Origin: an uncultured Alphaproteobacteria bacterium
GTDB taxonomy: Bacteria > Pseudomonadota > Alphaproteobacteria > RF32 > CAG-239
Assembly (NCBI GenBank): GCA_944392265.1
Contig: CALXWC010000005.1
Coordinates: 737-64,736 of the forward strand
Length of the DNA stretch: 64,000 nucleotides
Direction of reading: 5' to 3'
The notes below the pieces were generated by a model. That model worked only from the letters and a program-made list of their open reading frames with translations. It did not search any database and was not told the DNA's origin. Numbering within the stretch: the first letter of the stretch is position 1; every line of letters starts with the position of its first letter. Of the stretch, positions 10,127 to 19,724 are shown piece by piece. Made by a program: the position numbers and the translations under genes.

Positions 10127-11527
10127 CTATCTGGCAGAAATAAGAGACATTGAAGAAATTGTATCCCCCATTCCAACCAAGGTAACCGGCTTTTCAATCA
10201 AAATGGTTGGTAAAGCAATAATATCAAATCCCTCATAAGCAGATATACCGGTTTGAACTAACTTTTCATCACCGATAAATTTTGCCAAATCAGAAAGCTC
10301 ATTTAAGCCCACATCTGAAACTTCTTTACCTTGAGCCCAAAGCATATTTTCTTTTGCGTTAACATGACCCGTACCGGCTTTTCCGGCAGCAACGGTAGCT
10401 GCAACCATCATACCGTTCAAATTCTCTTGCGGTGTGATTTTAGCATCCTTATCTTGAATGGTAATATACAAGCCAAACATATGCAGTTGGATACGCGGAG
10501 CCTTAATTGCTTTTTTCATCTCCAGCAAAGCCTTAAACATATTCACACTATGCGTATCTTTCTCACAAGCAAGAGCAAGCTTGTTTTGACCTATAATTTC
10601 CAAAACATCTATTGCTTCACGCTCATTAACACCAACGGAATCAACCTCTGGTGCAATTTTTTCAACAATGGCTTTACGCACGGCCAAATCTTGTGTGGAA
10701 GCAATTTCCAAATGCACGATTGTACCGTTATCTTTCCAAATTTTAAGCATCGGCAAAACACTTTTAGTCAAAGCCACACCGTCATTATTTTCAGTCAAAG
10801 CATGGAAACCTGACAAAACAATATAATTAAGCTTATTTTCTTCTGCAGCTTTAACAAAGTTTTCATCCATAACCAAATGCAAATTCAAAGGATCATAAGT
10901 TGCGATAAAGCGGTTAGACTTCGGACAAACAAACTCTTGGTCTTCAAGCTTAATAACATCACCTTTGTCAAACTCAATAATCCAGTGAATAAGAGGTATA
11001 TCGAGTTTTCTGTCAATTTGATAAGCCGGTTTCTCTTTTCCGTTTTCATCAAAAGACAAAAGGTTATTCAAGGGCAAAAACTGGTCAGCTTGCAATTTTG
11101 GCAAAGAGTTGGCATGAGCATAAACTTTTTTCACACCGGCCACGGCCAAAACATTGGCAACAATTCCGCCTTGTCCACCCATTTGCAAGCGGTCATAACC
11201 TAAATGCTTAACCATCCAATCATAAACAAGCTTATCTTCGGTTAACCATTCTTCGGCAATACCACGAGAAAAGCACTTAAAAATACCTTTCAACACATCT
11301 TGACCGGAACAAAGTTTTGCCGCCTCAATATGAGTTAAATCAAACAAAGACATCTTCTCTTGAGAAACAAGCTTAACAAAGTCAGTTCCTTTAATTTTCA
11401 AAACAGCATCCACATTGGCATTAAAAGCAGTTGCGGCAGAAGGTACTGTCTTAACTTTTTCCAATGTTTGAGGAACATCGGCATATTTTTTAAGCCAATT
11501 TTCCTTTAAAGATCCAAAATCTGTCAT
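10127..11527 (-). CDS. ADP-dependent sugar kinase (ADP-dependent glucokinase/phosphofructokinase family, ribokinase-like fold)
   Basis: 466 aa. N-terminal glycine-rich MGGQGGIVANVLA matches MGGQAGIMAN of archaeal ADP-dependent kinases. Central NEREA matches the NExE motif. C-terminal VGMGDTISSMS matches the GxGD catalytic motif. Motif positions and spacing match the family. Confidence 0.8.
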   Translation of the reverse strand: MTDFGSLKENWLKKYADVPQTLEKVKTVPSAATAFNANVDAVLKIKGTDFVKLVSQEKMSLFDLTHIEAAKLCSGQDVLKGIFKCFSRGIAEEWLTEDKLVYDWMVKHLGYDRLQMGGQGGIVANVLAVAGVKKVYAHANSLPKLQADQFLPLNNLLSFDENGKEKPAYQIDRKLDIPLIHWIIEFDKGDVIKLEDQEFVCPKSNRFIATYDPLNLHLVMDENFVKAAEENKLNYIVLSGFHALTENNDGVALTKSVLPMLKIWKDNGTIVHLEIASTQDLAVRKAIVEKIAPEVDSVGVNEREAIDVLEIIGQNKLALACEKDTHSVNMFKALLEMKKAIKAPRIQLHMFGLYITIQDKDAKITPQENLNGMMVAATVAAGKAGTGHVNAKENMLWAQGKEVSDVGLNELSDLAKFIGDEKLVQTGISAYEGFDIIALPTILIEKPVTLVGMGDTISSMSLISAR

Positions 11528-11542
11528 TTTATACTCTCCAGA

Positions 11543-12991
11543 CTAATCGTCATCTTCTTCATTATCAATTTCAGCTATATCCTCAGATATATCTACAAAT
11601 TTCGGACCTTCAAACTTTTCAATATACAAATGCCATTTTTTTGTACCAAAAGAGCCACATTTTTCACAAACGGCTTCCCAATCTTGTGAAGCGTGACCGC
11701 AATCATCACAAACCCAAGCGGCATCATCATCACATTGTTTGATTCTCTTGCGCCATTCTGCAGCGGCTTTTTTGTTATTGTTGCCCTTTTCTTCATAAAC
11801 GGCCATCAATTCACAAACTTTTTTGGTGCAAGGATTGTTGATAATAAACATATCAATTTCAGCCTTAGCTTTTTTCCACAAACCGCCTTGAATTGCCAAT
11901 TCTGCAACCAACAAGTTATTCAAAGACGGGCGCAAACCGTTAACCTGAGCCAAAGCTTCAACTTTCTTAATTTTATCAAGTAAATCATCTTTCGGATTAA
12001 GAGCCAAATATTCATAAGCCAAAACATCAACCGGATTTCTTCTCCAAGTTTCCATCAAAACTTTAGCGGCTTTACGCACTTGGTTATCATTATTTTTATA
12101 ATAATGAGCCAAGGCAACGGCAGCCGGAACCAAAGTCGGATCTGTATCTAACGACTGGCTGGCATATCTAAAGAAGTTAACATCATCTTCTTTTGCCTTA
12201 AATTCATTAGCCATTTCTAACAAAACAATGGCTTTATTGCGTTGATAGTTAAACTTGCTGACAATTTTTTTCTTCAAGCCGGCTTCCAAAACCTGCAAAG
12301 CACCTTCCCAATCTTTGGCTTTGGCGCGAAGTTCAAAAGCACTTTCAATAACCCAGTACAAATCTTGACGCAACTCATAAGCTTTATTAACATTTTCCAA
12401 AGCTTCTTTGAATTCTCTTTTTTGCATTTGAGCTTCAACGGCAGCCTTCAAACCAATCAACTGAACATTTTCGTTCTTCATCAATTTGGCAGAAAGTTTT
12501 TCCATACGGTCAAAGTCTTTTTCGCCCTTGAAGATTTTCATTTTCAAAACATCAATAATCGGGTCATCACCGATAATTCTTTTTAACTTGTTCAAAGAAG
12601 AACGAGCTTCTTTCATATCACCGGCAGTAATAGAAGTCATGGCTTGCAACACCAAAAGCATGGAATTATCAAAGTCATGACGATTAATAATCATTTTTTC
12701 GCTGATTTTACCGGCCAAAACATCAATTGCCGCATTTTCATCCGTATTATCATTAAACACGGCTGTGCGATAAACTTCTTTAAGCTGTGCTTTTTGAATG
12801 TTGCGAATGATTCTGGTAACAAAATCAATAATAGCAAACACCACCAACAAAAAGAGCATAGCCTCCGGAATGGAAAATTCAAAATAAACTTTTCTCCAAC
12901 TAACGGCAACAAGGCTTGATGTATCCATCATCCAAAGAGTAAATGTAACGATAAGCCCCAAAAAAATGAATATTGATGTTTTTCTAGTCAT
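11543..12991 (-). CDS. HemY_N-domain TPR membrane protein (hemY-like)
   Basis: 482 aa. Two N-terminal transmembrane segments, TPR-like central region, C-terminal CxxC...CxxC zinc-ribbon (CDDCGH...CEKCGS). Directly downstream of the mitofilin-like gene, as in other alphaproteobacteria. Confidence 0.75.
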   Translation of the reverse strand: MTRKTSIFIFLGLIVTFTLWMMDTSSLVAVSWRKVYFEFSIPEAMLFLLVVFAIIDFVTRIIRNIQKAQLKEVYRTAVFNDNTDENAAIDVLAGKISEKMIINRHDFDNSMLLVLQAMTSITAGDMKEARSSLNKLKRIIGDDPIIDVLKMKIFKGEKDFDRMEKLSAKLMKNENVQLIGLKAAVEAQMQKREFKEALENVNKAYELRQDLYWVIESAFELRAKAKDWEGALQVLEAGLKKKIVSKFNYQRNKAIVLLEMANEFKAKEDDVNFFRYASQSLDTDPTLVPAAVALAHYYKNNDNQVRKAAKVLMETWRRNPVDVLAYEYLALNPKDDLLDKIKKVEALAQVNGLRPSLNNLLVAELAIQGGLWKKAKAEIDMFIINNPCTKKVCELMAVYEEKGNNNKKAAAEWRKRIKQCDDDAAWVCDDCGHASQDWEAVCEKCGSFGTKKWHLYIEKFEGPKFVDISEDIAEIDNEEDDD

Positions 12992-13970
12992 GTTTTATTT
13001 CCTTTTTAATAAAATTGACCTTCAAGGAAGCCAGATAATAAGTTGATATCTGAGAAACTGCTTCGTCAAAAGCAATTTTTTGTTCTGCTTTTTTCATCCA
13101 ATCAAGAAGTTCTGCATTATTGAGCAAATCTTGGTTGGGAAGATATTTCAAAGCTAGCACGGCTTTTTTAATATTTCCTGAATTTACCAAAATTTTTATA
13201 TCATTTAATTGAGAAAAGAATTGATTATCGGGAGAATTTTGATTTTTTTTCTGAATTTTGATATATTCACTTAATTTGTTGCTCAATCTGTCTTTCCAAG
13301 TTTTTTCGGATTCGTTTTTATATTTTTCTAAAATCTGCATATAAATTTCCGGGAAAGACTGCATTAAATAAGCCTTGTTATATACACCATCCACGCTCAC
13401 TTGCTTAATAATGGCTAAGGGCTTTTGAATTTCAGGTGTATCTTGAGCCAATTGATTTAATATTTCAGCCTCATAAACAAAACTGCCACCATTTTCCGCA
13501 CTGTCTTTAACCATCATGGTTGCCGTTAAAAGAATGGCGCTTTTATCTGTGATTTTATTTAATTTATCAAGCTGAAATTCGGCTCTGTCCAATCTGGTCA
13601 ATAAGCCAAGAACAACAGCGGCATCTGCTTTGGAATTAATCACGTTTTGATTAAATTTTTCTAAGGTTTCAAAACGTTTTTCCAATAAGGATGTATCGAC
13701 CTGCTGAGCTTGCTTGTTTTCAACCGCATTTAATTGGTTTTTTAATAAAGCAACTTCTTGTTTAAGAACATCTAGCTGATTAACTTCTTCTTGCTTCGAT
13801 TCGCTTACAAAAACACCTTCAATTTTTTGCACAATCTGCGGATTTTTCCAAACCCCATAGCCACCTGCGGCAACAACGCCGCACAAAAGCAAAGTCGTAC
13901 CAAACTTCTTAAAAGAACCTTTAGGTTTTGCCTTTTGTTCTTCTTCAACAACAAGTTTCTCTTCGGTCAT
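12984..13970 (-). CDS. Mitofilin/Mic60-like (HemX-like) membrane protein
   Basis: 328 aa. Basic N-terminus, one transmembrane segment (LLLCGVVAAGGYGVW), coiled-coil and C-terminal mitofilin-like region. Conserved position upstream of hemY-like and divergent from tsaD. Confidence 0.65.
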   Translation of the reverse strand: MTEEKLVVEEEQKAKPKGSFKKFGTTLLLCGVVAAGGYGVWKNPQIVQKIEGVFVSESKQEEVNQLDVLKQEVALLKNQLNAVENKQAQQVDTSLLEKRFETLEKFNQNVINSKADAAVVLGLLTRLDRAEFQLDKLNKITDKSAILLTATMMVKDSAENGGSFVYEAEILNQLAQDTPEIQKPLAIIKQVSVDGVYNKAYLMQSFPEIYMQILEKYKNESEKTWKDRLSNKLSEYIKIQKKNQNSPDNQFFSQLNDIKILVNSGNIKKAVLALKYLPNQDLLNNAELLDWMKKAEQKIAFDEAVSQISTYYLASLKVNFIKKEIKHD

Positions 13971-14048
13971 ATCAAAATTCCTTATTTGCTATTTTTATTT
14001 TCTTAGTGTATATAAATAAAAAAAACTTTCAATAAAAACTGGAAAAAA

Positions 14049-15131
14049 GTGATGTATGTTTTAGGAATTGAGAGCAGTTGTGATGAAACGGCAGCTGCCA
14101 TTGTGAATGAAAAGAAAGAAATCGTCAGCCAATCTTTATGGACACAGATAGAAGACCATAAAGTTTTCGGCGGTGTTGTTCCTGAAATTGCCGCTAGAGC
14201 ACATTTGGAACACATTGATGAAATTATCAACCATACACTCCAAAAAGCCAATTTAAAACCTGAAGATATAGATGCTTTTGCCGCATCTTCCGGACCGGGG
14301 TTAATTGGTGGTGTGGTTATTGGCGTTATGGCAACTAAGGCCTTGTCTTTAGCTTTGAATAAACCCTTCATTGCCGTCAACCACTTGGAAGGACACGCTT
14401 TGGCTCCCAGATTAACCGGAGATGTAAAATATCCGTATTTGCTTCTTTTGGTTTCAGGAGGACATTGCCAAATTCTTATCGTAAAAGGCGTTGGTGATTT
14501 TGAACGTTTGGGCACCACTATTGATGATGCCGCAGGAGAAGCTTTTGATAAAGTTTCTAAAATGCTCAATTTAGGCTACCCCGGCGGACCAATGATTGAA
14601 AAAATGGCCGAAATCGGAGATGAAGACAGATTCGTTTTACCTCACCCGTTAGCAAATTCAGGAGACTGCAATCTTTCTTTTTCGGGGCTTAAAACCGCCG
14701 TCAGAAAAATCATTGAATCATACTCTCCGGATGGTGATATCAAAAACAGCATCTTAGATAAAAAAGACACAGCAGACATTTGCGCAAGCTTCCAAAAAGC
14801 CGTTGCCGACAGTTTGATTCACAAGCTTGAAAAAGCCATAAAAATATTCAAACAAAAACACCCTGAAGGTAAAGACATTGTGGTTTCCGGAGGTGTTGCC
14901 GCCAATACTTATTTGCGCAAAAGGATGTCTACCTTGGCTGAAAAAGAGGGCTTGATTTTTTCTGCACCGCCAATTCGTTTTTGTACGGATAATGGTGTTA
15001 TGATTGCTTGGGCTGGAATGGAGCGTTTTCAAAAAGGCTTGTTCAATGAACTAGACTTCAAACCAAGACCACGCTGGCCGTTAGATGAAAATGCCCCCAA
15101 AGCTGCCGGAGCCGGAGGCGTTAAGGCATGA
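14049..15131 (+). CDS. tsaD: tRNA N6-adenosine threonylcarbamoyltransferase TsaD (Gcp/Kae1)
   Basis: 360 aa. GIESSCDETAAAI N-terminus and HLEGHAL metal-binding motif. Confidence 0.92.
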   Translation: MMYVLGIESSCDETAAAIVNEKKEIVSQSLWTQIEDHKVFGGVVPEIAARAHLEHIDEIINHTLQKANLKPEDIDAFAASSGPGLIGGVVIGVMATKALSLALNKPFIAVNHLEGHALAPRLTGDVKYPYLLLLVSGGHCQILIVKGVGDFERLGTTIDDAAGEAFDKVSKMLNLGYPGGPMIEKMAEIGDEDRFVLPHPLANSGDCNLSFSGLKTAVRKIIESYSPDGDIKNSILDKKDTADICASFQKAVADSLIHKLEKAIKIFKQKHPEGKDIVVSGGVAANTYLRKRMSTLAEKEGLIFSAPPIRFCTDNGVMIAWAGMERFQKGLFNELDFKPRPRWPLDENAPKAAGAGGVKA

Positions 15132-15763
15132 GAAACAAGCAAGACATTTTAGACATTATGGCCATTTTTCAAGCCAATGACCCTAACCCCAGATGCGAGT
15201 TAGATTACACAAATGCCTTCACTCTTTTGGTTGCAGTTGTCTTATCAGCGCAAAGCACGGACAAAGGTGTTAACAAAGCCACCAAAGATTTGTTTACCGT
15301 TGCAGACACACCGCAAAAAATGGCTGATTTAGGCTTAGAGAAAATAAAAGAATATATTAAGACCATTGGGCTATATAATAATAAAGCCAAAAATATTTTG
15401 GCCTTAAGCCAAGAACTGGTCAGCAAATATAACGGCATTGTCCCAGAAAACCGCGAAGCTTTGGAAGCCCTCCCCGGTGTCGGCAGAAAAACCGCTAATG
15501 TTGTCTTAAATGTTTGGTTCAATCAACCCACTTTGGCCGTAGATACCCATGTAATGCGCATTTCTCAAAGATTAGGTTTCAGCAACGGAAAAACGCCTTT
15601 GGCCATAGAACAAGATTTAATGAAAGTCTTGCCCTTGGAATATGTTAAAAATGCCAACCACTGGCTTGTATTGTTCGGACGTTATATTTGCAAGGCACAA
15701 AAACCAAATTGCCCAAACTGTCCAATAGCTTCATATTGCCACAGCAAAGACAAAAAACTTTAA
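15128..15763 (+). CDS. nth: Endonuclease III
   Basis: 211 aa. HhH-GPD motif (LPGVGRKTANVVL) and C-terminal 4Fe-4S cysteines (CKAQKPNCPNCPIASYC). ATGA overlap with tsaD. Confidence 0.9.
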   Translation: MRNKQDILDIMAIFQANDPNPRCELDYTNAFTLLVAVVLSAQSTDKGVNKATKDLFTVADTPQKMADLGLEKIKEYIKTIGLYNNKAKNILALSQELVSKYNGIVPENREALEALPGVGRKTANVVLNVWFNQPTLAVDTHVMRISQRLGFSNGKTPLAIEQDLMKVLPLEYVKNANHWLVLFGRYICKAQKPNCPNCPIASYCHSKDKKL

Positions 15764-15794
15764 TAAAAAAAGAGGATTTTCATCCTCTTTTTTT
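15764..15794. terminator. Bidirectional terminator between nth (+) and the lptF/G-family gene (-)
   Basis: aaaaaaa-agaggat-tttc-atcctct-ttttttt. Confidence 0.65.
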
Positions 15795-16902
15795 AACCGT
15801 CTTCTAAATGCAATAAAATCGAAATACTGATAAAGGAAGCCACTAAGGTTGGTGTGCAAACCGCCAAGAAAGCGGGCACATTTCCACTTAAACCAAAAGC
15901 ATAAATAAGCTGCGACATAAAATAAACCACAAAGCCGGTTGTAATACCACCCACAATCAAATACATCACACCGCCTCTACGGTTATTGGGGCGTAAAGCA
16001 AACAAGGCAGCCACCAACACCAAAGAGCACAGCAAAAACGGAGAAACCAACAATGAATAAAAACGCATTTTGTGTTTTTGCGCAGAGAATCCTGAAGATT
16101 CATAAAATTGAATAATTGCCGGCAGGTTCCAAAAAGAAATGGCATCCGGCTCCACAAAATTTTCTTTAATTCTATCCAAGGTCAAAGCAGACTTATATTT
16201 CAGGCTATTTTTAGATACGGTTGGTTTTCCGGCTTCATAAATTTGCACATCACGCAAATCAAAATAACCGTCATTTAACTTAGCGGCAAAAGCCTCATAA
16301 CGTCTTACTGGCTGAGATTGTCTGTTCATTTCTAAAATGCTGACATCACGCAACAAAACAGAATCTTTTCCCTCTTGTCTGGCAGATTTTGCCTGCATAA
16401 CCTGAAACGTATCTTCAGAAACGGCTTCTCTCATCCATAAACCCTTGTCAGAAAACAAAACGGCATTAGGGTTTCTGGTATCAAAACGATAATCCAAAGT
16501 TTCATAAATTTCATACATTTTAGCAGCAATCGGATTAACCAATGCCACATTAAGAACGCCAACCATAAACACGGCAAACAAAACAGGTGTTAAAAAACCC
16601 CAGATTGATACACCAGCCGCACGAATAATTACAAATTCGTTGCTTTTGCTCACACGCCAAAACGTAACCATAGAGGCAATCATCATCACAAAAGGAAAAA
16701 CCATATCCATAGTTCTGGGCATTTTTGTCAGACCAATTTGCAACAAAAACCAAAAAGTAACATCCTCACGCCCCGATGCCTTACGCAAGAGTTCAACCAT
16801 CTCAAACATCAAGACCACGCCCATAACCATCATTAGGACGGACAAAAAATTAAAAACAATTTGTTTGGCCAAATATCGGCCGAGAATAGACTTTGGATTC
16901 AT
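15793..16902 (-). CDS. LPS export ABC permease, LptF/LptG (YjgP/YjgQ) family
   Basis: 369 aa. Six-transmembrane permease with a periplasmic beta-jellyroll insert. Paralogous to the ORF at 58930..60063. Which one is lptF and which is lptG cannot be told from sequence alone. Confidence 0.75.
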   Translation of the reverse strand: MNPKSILGRYLAKQIVFNFLSVLMMVMGVVLMFEMVELLRKASGREDVTFWFLLQIGLTKMPRTMDMVFPFVMMIASMVTFWRVSKSNEFVIIRAAGVSIWGFLTPVLFAVFMVGVLNVALVNPIAAKMYEIYETLDYRFDTRNPNAVLFSDKGLWMREAVSEDTFQVMQAKSARQEGKDSVLLRDVSILEMNRQSQPVRRYEAFAAKLNDGYFDLRDVQIYEAGKPTVSKNSLKYKSALTLDRIKENFVEPDAISFWNLPAIIQFYESSGFSAQKHKMRFYSLLVSPFLLCSLVLVAALFALRPNNRRGGVMYLIVGGITTGFVVYFMSQLIYAFGLSGNVPAFLAVCTPTLVASFISISILLHLEDG

Positions 16903-16969
16903 TTTTTCACTTTTAATTCAGTTTCTGTTGCCAACAAAAATACTCAACAATAAAAAATTTATCAAGATT

Positions 16970-17896
16970 TTATTCTTCAAGCATAGATAAGTATCTTTCA
17001 ATGCTGTCCGGAAGAATAACGACAATATTTTTTCCTTTCATTTCAGCACGTTGTCCGAGTTTAATGGCCGCAGACAAACTTGCTCCGGCAGAAATTCCGG
17101 CAGCAACACCTTCTAAGCGAGCCGTTTCTTTGGCCATTCTCAATGCATCATCATCGCTTATGTCCATCACCTCACTGACCAAAGACGGATCATAAAACTG
17201 AGGAACAAAACCAGCGCCAATTCCGGGAATTTTATGAGCTCCGGCTTCTTTTCCGTTCAAAACGGCACTGGAAGCAGGTTCAACGCCAACCACATACAAA
17301 TCAGGATTATATGTTTTCAAAGTAGAGGCCACACCGCTAAGTGTTCCGGAAGTTCCGACCGCTGCCACAAAAGCATCCACATTTCCAGAAGTATCTTCAA
17401 TAATCTCAATACTGGTAGAAAAGCGATGCGCATCCGGATTCGCTTCATTTGAAAACTGGCTCAACAAAATCACGTTCGGATTTTTTTCTGCCAACATGTC
17501 AGCTTTGGCCAAAGCTCCTTTCATACCATCTTCGGCAGGCGTTAAAATCACCTCAGCGCCTAAATGTCTCATTAATAAGATTCTCTCTTTGGTCATATTT
17601 TCCGGCATGGTAATAACCAGTTTATAACCTTTAGCGGCACAAATACCGGCCAAGCCGATACCCGTATTACCGCTTGTAGCTTCCACAAAAACGGTTTCGG
17701 CAGAAATTTTATATTTTTTCTCGGCTTGTTCAATCATCTGTAAAGCCACACGGTCTTTAACCGAAAACAACGGATTTAAGAATTCACATTTTGCCAAAAT
17801 ATTTGCTTTCACATGAAAGTGTTTTGCCAAGCGAGATAATTTTAACATCGGTGTTTTTCCGACCAACTCTATAATTGAATTATAAATCTTTTTCAT
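16970..17896 (-). CDS. cysK: Cysteine synthase A (O-acetylserine sulfhydrylase), PLP-dependent
   Basis: 308 aa. PLP lysine motif NPLFSVKDR and glycine loop GTSGT. Confidence 0.9.
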   Translation of the reverse strand: MKKIYNSIIELVGKTPMLKLSRLAKHFHVKANILAKCEFLNPLFSVKDRVALQMIEQAEKKYKISAETVFVEATSGNTGIGLAGICAAKGYKLVITMPENMTKERILLMRHLGAEVILTPAEDGMKGALAKADMLAEKNPNVILLSQFSNEANPDAHRFSTSIEIIEDTSGNVDAFVAAVGTSGTLSGVASTLKTYNPDLYVVGVEPASSAVLNGKEAGAHKIPGIGAGFVPQFYDPSLVSEVMDISDDDALRMAKETARLEGVAAGISAGASLSAAIKLGQRAEMKGKNIVVILPDSIERYLSMLEE

Positions 17897-18004
17897 TTCT
17901 GCTCCAAATTAACGCTAAAATGTTTATAAAAGAGAATTAACACTTTTAATAGGAATAACATTTCGTTAGTATTAGCATAAAATATAAAAACATCAAACAA
18001 AGAA

Positions 18005-18562
18005 ATGAAAAAAAATAAAATAATATTTTATACGTTAGTTTCAATTTTTTTTAGCAATCCGACTTTTGCCGCAAGTCTGGATGAAATTTATCGTGACATT
18101 GTCAGAGATGACAATAGCGGTTACTTACCCATTTTTGTAAAAAACCGCACTCGTCCCGAACTTCTTTTTGAAGAAGAATTACCTAAGGCAAAAACAAACC
18201 TACAAACCACACAAACACCTGTGGTCAACCTAACTAACGAATATAAAATTAAGGCGGATGCCAAAAAGGCCGAAGAAGAAAATTGGAAAAATGCTCTAAA
18301 AGCCATTCAAGCCAATCAGGTAACCCCTAAAGACTTAAAAGTTATAGATGAGCAAATTGCCAAAAACAATCCTCAAGCCATAGAGATAAAGGCATGGATG
18401 TATGCCAGAGGCCAAGGCATCAAACAAGATTTAATTTCTTCTTTTGTTTTGTATCGCAAAGCAGAAAAACTCGGTGTGAAAGATGCCTTAAAAAACGCGG
18501 CCCAAGTTTATAAAAGCATGAGCAGAGAACAAAGAGAAAGCTTAGCTCAGGTAAAAGAATAA
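18005..18562 (+). CDS. Secreted Sel1-like repeat protein
   Basis: 185 aa. Signal peptide (FFSNPTFAAS). C-terminal segment AWMYARGQGIKQDLISSFVLYRKAEKLGVKDA fits the Sel1/TPR-like repeat pattern. Confidence 0.55.
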   Translation: MKKNKIIFYTLVSIFFSNPTFAASLDEIYRDIVRDDNSGYLPIFVKNRTRPELLFEEELPKAKTNLQTTQTPVVNLTNEYKIKADAKKAEEENWKNALKAIQANQVTPKDLKVIDEQIAKNNPQAIEIKAWMYARGQGIKQDLISSFVLYRKAEKLGVKDALKNAAQVYKSMSREQRESLAQVKE

Positions 18563-18565
18563 GCT

Positions 18566-19057
18566 TTAAGATTTATATATTTCTTTTAAGGCCAACCAGT
18601 GGGTATAGTTAATTTTTGTTGTTCCGGCAATAATATCTTCAATTTTAACCCAAGCAGCAAAACCGTTTTCCGGTGTTTTCCACTTTTCTTTCATGGCATC
18701 AAAACCAAACGATGAGGCGTCATAAACAATAAATCTTTGTTCATAAATACAATACACACCCTTCGGTTTGGCATCACCGGCATAATAGTTAATTGTCTGA
18801 TGAAAATCTTCTTTACCGTAATCTAACATAAAATCAATTCCGGTTTCTTCATAAAGTTTTCGATACAAACAATCTCTAAAATCTTCATTTCTATCAACGC
18901 TACCACCCGGAAATTCTGGAACTTTCACCTTGGGTGGATAGGTCAATAACACCTTATTATCTAAAACCAATATGGCAAAATATCCTTTTTGATGCACGGG
19001 AATAATATCCTCGGCATATTTTTTTCTTCCGTATCTGTCAAAAAAGATTTCACTCAT
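18566..19057 (-). CDS. NUDIX hydrolase
   Basis: 163 aa. Nudix box GGSVDRNEDFRDCLYRKLYEETGI (GX5EX7REUXEEXGU). Confidence 0.8.
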   Translation of the reverse strand: MSEIFFDRYGRKKYAEDIIPVHQKGYFAILVLDNKVLLTYPPKVKVPEFPGGSVDRNEDFRDCLYRKLYEETGIDFMLDYGKEDFHQTINYYAGDAKPKGVYCIYEQRFIVYDASSFGFDAMKEKWKTPENGFAAWVKIEDIIAGTTKINYTHWLALKEIYKS

Positions 19058-19715
19058 GGGAAGATGCTTCCTTAATCAATTCATTAACAAAATCATTCAA
19101 TCCGGTTTGACGAACACGCTTCATTCTTTCTCCGGAAATAATTTTTTGTACCTTTGCTATTGTTTCTTCCACATTAACATTAACAATAACATAATCAAAC
19201 TCATTCCAATGGCTCATTTTATCTAAAACCATACCCATGCGTTTATCAATGAGCTCTTGGCTATCTGTACCACGATTTTGCAATCTTTCACGCAATTCCT
19301 TAATTGAAGGCGGCAACAAATAAATTGTAACCACATCATCCGGAGCTTTAGCGCGCATTTGACGAGCACCGACCCAATCCATGTCAAAGAGCACGTCTTC
19401 ACCCACATTCAAAAAGCTATCAACTTCAGAACGCAGCGTTCCGTAACGATTTCCGTATTGAGAGTCAACAAACTCATAAAAAGCATCTTGCTTCACATAT
19501 TCATTATATTGTTCATCGGAAATAAAGTAATAATCCACGCCGTCTTTTTCACCCTCACGCGGAGCTCTGGTTGTAACAGAAACAGAAAACTTGATATTAG
19601 GATCTCTTTTCAAAATTTCTTTAGCAATTGTACCTTTACCCACGCCGGACGGACCTTCAATAATAAACATGGCACCGCGACGAACTTGTTTTAATTTTTC
19701 AATAATGGCATTCAT
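19050..19715 (-). CDS. gmk: Guanylate kinase
   Basis: 221 aa. P-loop GPSGVGKGT. Downstream of yicC, as in many bacteria. Confidence 0.9.
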   Translation of the reverse strand: MNAIIEKLKQVRRGAMFIIEGPSGVGKGTIAKEILKRDPNIKFSVSVTTRAPREGEKDGVDYYFISDEQYNEYVKQDAFYEFVDSQYGNRYGTLRSEVDSFLNVGEDVLFDMDWVGARQMRAKAPDDVVTIYLLPPSIKELRERLQNRGTDSQELIDKRMGMVLDKMSHWNEFDYVIVNVNVEETIAKVQKIISGERMKRVRQTGLNDFVNELIKEASSHE

Positions 19716-19724
19716 TTTTTAATC

